From IMG/VR virus record IMGVR_UViG_3300050138_000133: a stretch of DNA of 20,000 nt; one strand, given 5' to 3'. This DNA comes from an uncultured virus (IMG/VR IMGVR_UViG_3300050138_000133). Its lineage: Duplodnaviria > Heunggongvirae > Uroviricota > Caudoviricetes. Shown in pieces: positions 8,862 to 15,108 of this stretch (within the stretch, counting starts at the first letter, position 1; the number at the start of each line of letters is the position of its first letter). The notes under the pieces were generated by a model. That model searched no databases. It had not been told where the DNA came from and was given only the letters and a program-made list of their open reading frames with translations. Made by a program: the position numbers and the translations under genes.

Positions 8862-8960
8862 TTAGAATGATCCTGATCCGCTGTCGTGCGGCTCGTCTTC
8901 AATCCAGAGAAAAAGACCGAAGATAGTGACAGCAAAGCAGATCTCAAAAATATGAGACAT
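8862..8960 (-). CDS. Putative 32-aa small hydrophobic protein
   Basis: Below the ORF-track cutoff: MSHIFEICFAVTIFGLFLWIEDEPHDSGSGSF*. It tiles the gap exactly (TAG-G-ATG at its start, TAA-ATG at its end). Confidence 0.5.
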   Translation of the reverse strand: MSHIFEICFAVTIFGLFLWIEDEPHDSGSGSF

Positions 8961-8961
8961 C

Positions 8962-9162
8962 CTATTTCAGTTTCAGCGTTGGCTTGTTCTGATTAGTCGA
9001 TTTCACCACGGGTTCTTCCGGCGCAATCTCGGCCTTTTCTTCGGGCTCATCCGATCGTTTCTGCATCTTGATGGATTGCAGCAATTCCCGCAAATACCGC
9101 GCGCGCGGTGATTCGTATTCGGCATCGCCCTTGGCGAGATAATCTTTTCCTGCTTGCATCAT
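8962..9162 (-). CDS. Small charged hypothetical protein
   Basis: About 66 aa starting MMQAGKDY. ATG at 9162 overlaps the upstream TGA (ATGA). The track start at 9171 is less likely. Confidence 0.65.
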   Translation of the reverse strand: MMQAGKDYLAKGDAEYESPRARYLRELLQSIKMQKRSDEPEEKAEIAPEEPVVKSTNQNKPTLKLK

Positions 9163-10346
9163 TTCCAGCACTCTTCCGGGACACCGTTCTGTTGAAAATC
9201 AGTCATTGACTGATAGTGAACATTCAAATTGATGTCGGGCCATCGCGCCATAAGCTCGGCATGGCCAATTGCAACGCGATTTGCGAGATGGAGCGAATTG
9301 CCGGCGGTTTCCCACTTGCGCCAAAATTCGATGTCTTCATCGATATGACCTTCATTCCAGTCTAGATCTGGAGACGGCACGGACTGAAACCACGGCTTCG
9401 CCATCTTCTTAAGCGCCGCTGTTCTGATCAGCGTAAGCCCGAAGTGCGCGGTTGAAACCTGAGAGGTATCACCTTCGAATCGAGTGCGCGGAATGGTCGG
9501 CGCATTCTTTTCCGCTGAATCGTCTCGAACCGTGAACAGTGCCGTATTTAGATGGCGCGATGATTGGATGGGCGCTAGTGCATCAATGTCAGGGTAAAGG
9601 CACATTAGCTGCATGAGATGCGCCAGATGGCGGGGCAGGAAAACAGAATCGTAATCGATAGTAAGGATCGCGTCCGGATCATCTTCCTCGATGATCCGTT
9701 CAAATACCTTGGTCATCGACTGGCCCCAGAAGGCACCGCCGTGTTTTCGCAACTTCACATGACAAGGAAGGCACGCTTCCATGCAACTGAAAAAATTATC
9801 GGTGAAAGTAAGTCTCGGCATGCTCATCGCGCCGGAGACATTGATCTCCGGCATATGAGGCTTGTACGCCTCCAGGTTCAGCGAGATCGGATAAGCAGCG
9901 CAGTCCTCGATTTCCGAAACCCATGGCCGGATTAGAACTAGACCCTGGCCGGCGAGTAATGCCCGCAATTTGTCGCGATCGAACATCGCCTTGTGGTAAT
10001 CGTTCTGGTCGACCTGGCCGCCCATCATGTACATTTCATGAGGCTGCGCTTTGCCGTTCAGATAATCCTCCGCAATCGTTTTGAAATCTGGAACGGCGAT
10101 CTTGAGTTTGCCGCCCTTCTTGAGAGCGCGAACCCAATCCTTCAGGACCGCTTCTACCTGGCGGTGCGGGAAATGTTCGAGGACGTGAGAGGCAACAATT
10201 TCGTCAACCGATCCATCGGCGTAGGGCAGCGGATATATCTCAGACCCGTAATCTCTGCCGAGCGGAATGAAACTGGGGCGCGCAATTTCGCCTGCGCCTA
10301 AATCAAGTTTAATCTCAAATTTCGGAAGCGTAGCTTCGATATGCAT
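9159..10346 (-). CDS. Class I SAM-dependent methyltransferase fused to a GT-A (GT2-like) glycosyltransferase
   Basis: 395 aa. N-half has LDLGAG, LPYADGSVDEI, SHVLEH and RALKKGGKLKIAVPD. C-half has a DxD motif (ILTIDYD), HFGLTLI, KPWF, DEDIEFW and IGH. Confidence 0.85.
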   Translation of the reverse strand: MHIEATLPKFEIKLDLGAGEIARPSFIPLGRDYGSEIYPLPYADGSVDEIVASHVLEHFPHRQVEAVLKDWVRALKKGGKLKIAVPDFKTIAEDYLNGKAQPHEMYMMGGQVDQNDYHKAMFDRDKLRALLAGQGLVLIRPWVSEIEDCAAYPISLNLEAYKPHMPEINVSGAMSMPRLTFTDNFFSCMEACLPCHVKLRKHGGAFWGQSMTKVFERIIEEDDPDAILTIDYDSVFLPRHLAHLMQLMCLYPDIDALAPIQSSRHLNTALFTVRDDSAEKNAPTIPRTRFEGDTSQVSTAHFGLTLIRTAALKKMAKPWFQSVPSPDLDWNEGHIDEDIEFWRKWETAGNSLHLANRVAIGHAELMARWPDINLNVHYQSMTDFQQNGVPEECWK

Positions 10347-10352
10347 TTGTTG

Positions 10353-10439
10353 CCCTTGTCGGAGGGGATCGATGGAGATGGACCGACATCCATCTCCATC
10401 TATTCAGCGCTGAGGTCTCATTCCGCTGTCGGGCAGAAT
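10353..10439 (-). promoter_or_regulatory. Candidate structured cis-regulatory RNA leader: three hairpins with complementary hexaloops
   Basis: mRNA sense: AUUCUGC-CCGACA-GCGGAAU (10439-10420); GAUGGAGAUGGA-UGUCGG-UCCAUCUCCAUC (10400-10371); CCCU-CCGACA-AGGG (10366-10353, covers the RBS). Confidence 0.6.
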
Positions 10440-10447
10440 TGGACGCG

Positions 10448-10918
10448 TTAACCCTCGACGAGCGAGAGCACGCCGGCTTTAGCTGCGGTCGACGGCGATT
10501 GTTCGGCTCGGAAACCGTTAGCGTTGACGGCGAACGTCTGCGTCGTGGTCGGCGAAACAACGACGTTCAGGTAACGCTTGCGGGAGCGGCAATCGACGTT
10601 GAACTTGTAGGCGTTCACGCCGGAGGTCTTGCCGACGCCCAACACATAATCGACGTTAGTCGCAGCGGCAGAGCCGCCGCGGAAACCGACGACGTCAGCG
10701 AAGCTGGTAACGACAGTCGTATCGCTTTCCTGGATCTTCAGAACGGAAGGCGAACCAGCCTGCGTCGACGCGCTCTGCGTGGTCGCGGAAATGTCGATGG
10801 TGACAAAATCGACACCCAGCGTATCGATATTCGCCGACGTTCCGGTTCCGGCGTTGGTTACGGCGCCGATGCTACCGGTGTTGGCATCGAGAAGAAGTTT
10901 AGCTGCGGGAACAGTCAT
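10448..10918 (-). CDS. Capsid cement/decoration (head-fibre base-like) jelly-roll protein
   Basis: 156 aa from ATG 10918 with an AGGAGG RBS, preferred over the track start at 10978. IDTLG...KIQESD...KRYLNV pattern, located just after the major capsid gene. Confidence 0.75.
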   Translation of the reverse strand: MTVPAAKLLLDANTGSIGAVTNAGTGTSANIDTLGVDFVTIDISATTQSASTQAGSPSVLKIQESDTTVVTSFADVVGFRGGSAAATNVDYVLGVGKTSGVNAYKFNVDCRSRKRYLNVVVSPTTTQTFAVNANGFRAEQSPSTAAKAGVLSLVEG

Positions 10919-11026
10919 GGGTGCCCTCCTTGGGCAAAGAGATAGTGAACGTCGCCGTATCCGCTGAATTGCGGCCACGTCGTTATGTCGTCTTTAGGCA
11001 ATTGCCCTTGGGACAGGATTGCGAGG

Positions 11027-11206
11027 CTAAACAGCCCCTCGCGCGGCTTTGGATTGAGCATTCGCTTGTCGCGTCGCTCTTACTTTGGCAATTCTAGCGG
11101 CCTTCTTAACTGGATCTTTCCAGCCCGCATTGCCGGCGGCTGAGCCAAGCGATGCAATCGCTTTGGCATGAGCTAATCGCCTCAGTTTCTTTTCAGGGTC
11201 CAGCAT
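11027..11206 (-). CDS. Putative 59-aa basic protein, possible homing-endonuclease DNA-binding remnant
   Basis: Below the track cutoff: MLDPEKKLRRLAHAKAIASLGSAAGNAGWKDPVKKAARIAKVRATRQANAQSKAARGAV*. Two DPxKK helical repeats. No clear RBS. Confidence 0.4.
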   Translation of the reverse strand: MLDPEKKLRRLAHAKAIASLGSAAGNAGWKDPVKKAARIAKVRATRQANAQSKAARGAV

Positions 11207-11207
11207 A

Positions 11208-11254
11208 GGGCTGGAGAAACGTTAGCGCGTTGCTCCAGCCCGACTCTTATAGCA
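11208..11254 (-). promoter_or_regulatory. Extended -10-like box plus 14-bp hairpin (copy B)
   Basis: TGC-TATAAG-AGTC-GGGCTGGAGCAACG-CGCTAA-CGTTTCTCCAGCCC-TA. 13 of 14 positions pair. Confidence 0.55.
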
Positions 11255-11259
11255 GATTA

Positions 11260-12585
11260 TTACGGAGCGACCAGCGAAACCAACGGGCCGGCATTCGTGT
11301 TATCACCGAAATCATGGGCCGATATGTCAAATCGCTCTGTCCCGAGTAACCCGATCTGATCGTTCTCGAAATACCGATGGTCCGAACGCTTGATCGTCAC
11401 GCCGCGGCGTTCGCCCATCATCGCCGCCTTGGTCAGGTCGCCGAAGAAAAGCATCGCCTTGGTGGTCTGCGACGCTGCGGTGATCGGAAGTTTCTGAGCG
11501 ATCGTCACATCGAAGCCGAGCAGCCGCTTCTGGATGCCCTCCGAGAGGATATCGAGACGGTTGCCACCAGCGCCGGCCAAGAGACTCGCAACGCAGGAAT
11601 AGAAACCCTGTTGCGACATATACCATTTGGCACCACCGAACGCGTACTGCGGCAGCGTACCCATCAATCCCGTGAGATCGCCCAGCGTCAGCAACGCGAA
11701 GGTATTGTGGCCAGTAGCCGCAGTGAACTTCGATGCGTTGTGATTGCCATCGGTCGCAAGCACGGTAAGACCGCGAATACCGCCGTAGGGGCTAGACCCG
11801 TCGCCGTTGAAACCACAGTCGTCTTCTTTCGAAGCGAAGGCGTAGGCCATTTCGCCGACAAGCCAGTCAGCGATCGCGACTACGGCATCCTGTTCGATTT
11901 CAGTCGACATGCGGGTCAACACGGCACACTTCTTAGCGGTCAGGTTGACGTTATCCCAGGAAGCCTGAGACTCGGTCACGCCCTGATTTTCACCAGTGAA
12001 GAACGCAGTCAGGCCACCAGTCCGACGCGGCCAATTGAGCGTATCGGAACCCATCGGGACGACCTGGCATTCCTGCCGGAAGACGCCGAATTGTTCACGA
12101 AGCACGATGATGTTGGCCATCAGCTCTTCGGGAACGAGGTAGCCGCCAGCGCTGTCAACGCCTTCACCCTGTGCCTTCTGAATGCCAATGCCGCGCGCCT
12201 TGCACCAATCCTGCGCTTCTGGATTGTCCATCAGGGTCGCTTTGAACCACATGCCGGCCGTGTACGCCTGATCGACGGCACGATACATTTGACCCTTGAT
12301 CTCGCGATCCTGGAAGTTCTTCACCGTGCTGAACAGCTTGTGTGCGCTGGGAGGAGCGAACGGCGTCAGACGGTCCTGACCGGGGACGGCGGTCGCGAGG
12401 TTACGCGCGATCGTCTCGGCCTCTTCAACGCGCCCGAGGCGCGCAGTAACTTCGACGAACTTTTCCTTAAGTGCGTCGTAGATATCCTGCTTGAAGCCCT
12501 CATCCTCGGACTTGCCGGCCATTTTCTCGATTTCGTCAGCCAGCGCAGAGAGCTGCTGTTTGACTTCATGTTTCTTGGTCGCCAT
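11260..12585 (-). CDS. Major capsid protein, HK97 family, full length with N-terminal scaffold/delta domain
   Basis: 441 aa. Coiled-coil-like N-terminus, GGYLVP, VNLTAKK, FNGDG, LLGFDV, FFGDL and ERFD motifs. Follows the prohead protease. Confidence 0.95.
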   Translation of the reverse strand: MATKKHEVKQQLSALADEIEKMAGKSEDEGFKQDIYDALKEKFVEVTARLGRVEEAETIARNLATAVPGQDRLTPFAPPSAHKLFSTVKNFQDREIKGQMYRAVDQAYTAGMWFKATLMDNPEAQDWCKARGIGIQKAQGEGVDSAGGYLVPEELMANIIVLREQFGVFRQECQVVPMGSDTLNWPRRTGGLTAFFTGENQGVTESQASWDNVNLTAKKCAVLTRMSTEIEQDAVVAIADWLVGEMAYAFASKEDDCGFNGDGSSPYGGIRGLTVLATDGNHNASKFTAATGHNTFALLTLGDLTGLMGTLPQYAFGGAKWYMSQQGFYSCVASLLAGAGGNRLDILSEGIQKRLLGFDVTIAQKLPITAASQTTKAMLFFGDLTKAAMMGERRGVTIKRSDHRYFENDQIGLLGTERFDISAHDFGDNTNAGPLVSLVAP

Positions 12586-12717
12586 CGCTATGTTTCCATA
12601 AATGTCGCTGGAGCGCTGCCCGGGCGCGTGAAAATGGGCGGTATCGCCAGCGACGCGATGCGCGGCCCGACTCCCGGTTGCTCCAGGTGTCGGTCGGTAG
12701 AAATTCAGAAAGATATT

Positions 12718-14046
12718 TTAGATTTGGACGGAAGCCCTTAGCGCTTTCGCCTCTGCGAGGCGTTGTTCGCGCACGGATTCCGCACTGAGAACCGTAACGG
12801 TCGGGACAGGATCAACGTCCGGCTCTACGTCATTGTCGCCATCAGGATCGGCAGCCGCGTTGCTGGCCAGAACATCCTTGATGCATTCTGTTGCGGACGC
12901 GTGATGGTCCATTGCCTTCTGCAGCAACGCCTCGTTGGCGTTGCTGATCTTTCGCCCAGCCTTATCCACTGGCGCGATAATAATTTCTGCGGTTACGTCT
13001 TTTTGTTCGGTGATATCTTTTTGCTCGTATTCGTCGGCGATTTCCTTCGCCAACTCGATGACATCAACGGGCGCTTCAGTCTGGGCGAGGCGCACCTGAG
13101 CGGCCGTAACGCCAGATTTAATCGCCTTTAGCTCACCGTCGACGATATCGGCGAATGGCAGTTTATAGCTGCTTCGCAGCACGGGATTCGCGGCGTCGTG
13201 AATAAGGAAGCCGCGAGCGGCCTTGGCGCCATCTGGGCAATCGCCATCGAATCCGGCATCATCGAGAACGCGTTTCGCCGCGGCGGCGCCGTCCCAAATC
13301 TCGGCATCGGCTACCGGTAAATCATCGGCGGCGCCGACCTTCCAGTCAGCCGCTTCGGATTTCGCTAGATATTTCTGGCGCGTGGTGCGCGGGGTCTTGG
13401 CCTGGCGGAACGTTTCCTCAAGCACGTTGCGCGGGATCAGCACCTTGCCTTCGCCGTCCAAAATTCGCTCCGCCCATTCCGAGATCGGACCCGTATCAAT
13501 GCCGGCTGATCGCGCATCGATCAGAGCATTTTGATTGCAAGGAATTGGGCACAAACTGACCTCGAGTAAAATTTGCTTGATAAAATCCAAGCCCGATGGC
13601 CGCTTCTTGTCCTTGGAGAATTCCCATTCAGTCGGGATGAAGCCGACCGAGACCGCATTTAGGAATTTGCCGCGAACCATTTTTGCAAGCGTAGCAGCAA
13701 ACGGATAAATATCTTCCGTTACGAATTCGAGATCGCCCTTCAGTTTGCCGGCGATAATTCCCAAGTTTTCCCATCGCCCAATGGGTGGCATAGAACTATC
13801 GTGGCACCAGAGGCCGACTCCGTTCTTTTCTTCGAAGTCTTTAAGATTTGTCCATCCAGATTGTTTGATGAGATCTCCGGAAAGATCTATGCTCTCGTCG
13901 CTGCATGTAAACCGAAAGACGTTCGGATTTGCGCCGTCGACCTGAGCTGGATCGCCAGGCATCGCCCGCAAAATACGGCAATCGGGTTGTGCGCCATCCT
14001 TGGCGGCAATCCTGAACGCATCTGCAGTCAAGAGTTCTATCGGCAT
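12718..14046 (-). CDS. HK97-family prohead maturation protease with an additional C-terminal domain
   Basis: 442 aa. SDESIDLSGD, LWCHD (His), PIGRW, AVSVGF (Ser) and LLEVSLCPIPCN motifs, followed by a WDGAAA...YKLPFADIVDGEL domain and a KAGRKIS motif. Confidence 0.92.
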   Translation of the reverse strand: MPIELLTADAFRIAAKDGAQPDCRILRAMPGDPAQVDGANPNVFRFTCSDESIDLSGDLIKQSGWTNLKDFEEKNGVGLWCHDSSMPPIGRWENLGIIAGKLKGDLEFVTEDIYPFAATLAKMVRGKFLNAVSVGFIPTEWEFSKDKKRPSGLDFIKQILLEVSLCPIPCNQNALIDARSAGIDTGPISEWAERILDGEGKVLIPRNVLEETFRQAKTPRTTRQKYLAKSEAADWKVGAADDLPVADAEIWDGAAAAKRVLDDAGFDGDCPDGAKAARGFLIHDAANPVLRSSYKLPFADIVDGELKAIKSGVTAAQVRLAQTEAPVDVIELAKEIADEYEQKDITEQKDVTAEIIIAPVDKAGRKISNANEALLQKAMDHHASATECIKDVLASNAAADPDGDNDVEPDVDPVPTVTVLSAESVREQRLAEAKALRASVQI

Positions 14047-14057
14047 TGAAACCTCGT

Positions 14058-14981
14058 TCAGTCTATCGGTGCGCCTAGCGCGGCTAGGCGGGCGCGCAGC
14101 CGATCAATGAGAATGTCTTTTTGGTGGTGTGTGAGCCAGCGATTGACTTTAGTCGCCGAATGGCGATTGCGACCGGCTTCGGATTTTTCGCCAACACTTT
14201 TCTCGTCGTGACAGACGGCGCATAGCACCTGAAGATTAGCTAGCTTCGTTTGTCCGCCACGCATCATTGGTATGATGTGGTCAATCTGCCATGTTTTTGG
14301 TGGCGCAAAAAAATCGAGCGGGACAGCACAATTCTGGCAGGATGACCCGGATCGCTCAAACAGAAACGCTCTTAGAAATTTTCCAGAAGCGCCGCGCGAT
14401 GCATATTCAGCGTCTGGATCGGCCAACATTTTAGCTCGGCCTGTATTTAGCCGCGCCGACTTGCCGAGATATTTCTGAAGTACCCCAATGTGATGCCCGC
14501 AAAGCGTGTTTCGCGCGTAGTCACCCTTGCGGGTAAGCAGCGTCTTGTGTGCAAGATATTGTCGGCCGCGGCTAGATTGAAGGATGGTTCGACAGGCCAT
14601 CGTCTCATTGCATTCTGGCCAACAACATTTTATTTGATGAAGGCCGAATGCATCGGTGCATTCTCTCGAGCAAAATGTGCTCTTCTTCAACTGGCTTCGC
14701 CGCCGTGTTACGGGATTACCGCATTGATGGCAGGGCGCACTTACATGCGTCCTAAGTTCTACCGCCTCACAACATGCCTCTGAGCACAGCCACTTGCCTG
14801 CTGTCGGATGCGCTCTCTTCGGGTTTGTTTTTCGGATTAATCTATTTCTCCGGCGATAGTGCAGTCTATTGCATTCGTCGCAGGGGACGACTTCTCCGGT
14901 TTTTGGTCGGCTTCCGACCTTCCGCGCGATTGCGGGGATGCTGTCAAACAGATCAAAAAGGGGTAATGTATTTTTAGCCAT
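14058..14981 (-). CDS. HNH endonuclease with N-terminal Cys-rich zinc-ribbon repeats (probable free-standing homing endonuclease)
   Basis: 307 aa. CDEC..LCSEAC and CHQC..FCSREC repeats. C-terminal CQNC...IDHIIP..RGG....NLQVLCAVCH. Confidence 0.88.
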   Translation of the reverse strand: MAKNTLPLFDLFDSIPAIARKVGSRPKTGEVVPCDECNRLHYRRRNRLIRKTNPKRAHPTAGKWLCSEACCEAVELRTHVSAPCHQCGNPVTRRRSQLKKSTFCSRECTDAFGLHQIKCCWPECNETMACRTILQSSRGRQYLAHKTLLTRKGDYARNTLCGHHIGVLQKYLGKSARLNTGRAKMLADPDAEYASRGASGKFLRAFLFERSGSSCQNCAVPLDFFAPPKTWQIDHIIPMMRGGQTKLANLQVLCAVCHDEKSVGEKSEAGRNRHSATKVNRWLTHHQKDILIDRLRARLAALGAPID

Positions 14982-15057
14982 TGTCTCGCGCCTCCAGCGC
15001 AGATGATGGTTAGGGTTGGCGCGGTGTTACAAGCACTGCGTCAACCCGCTAATTTTA
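14982..15057 (-). promoter_or_regulatory. -10-like box plus 14-bp hairpin (copy A) and RBS-occluding hairpin of the HNH gene
   Basis: TAAAAT-TAGC-GGGTTGACGCAGTG-CTTGTAA-CACCGCGCCAACCC-TA, then TCTGCGC-TGGAG-GCGCGAGA directly before ATGGCT. Confidence 0.55.
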
Positions 15058-15108
15058 CACTTTCTCCCGTTAAAATACTAGAAGTTTCCAGTTACCGGCA
15101 TCCCAAAT

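Noticed and set aside
10371..10400. The 12-bp hairpin as a simple rho-independent terminator
   Set aside because: No U-tract follows on either strand, and the loop complementarity to the flanking hairpins points to another role.
10919..10978. Longer start for the cement protein given by the ORF track
   Set aside because: ATG 10918 has a strong AGGAGG RBS. The 20-aa Arg-rich extension looks non-coding.
11377..12741. 454-aa plus-strand ORF
   Set aside because: Antisense shadow of the major capsid gene, as expected from GC-rich codon bias. It has no recognisable motifs.
14072..14090. Perfect 8-bp inverted repeat cgcctagc-gcg-gctaggcg
   Set aside because: It lies inside the HNH coding end, is GC-rich with a 3-nt loop and has no U-tract. 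It cannot be distinguished from chance.
14058..15108. IscB/HEARO-like RNA-guided nuclease system
   Set aside because: No PLMP or split RuvC motifs are evident, and the upstream non-coding region is only about 125 nt.
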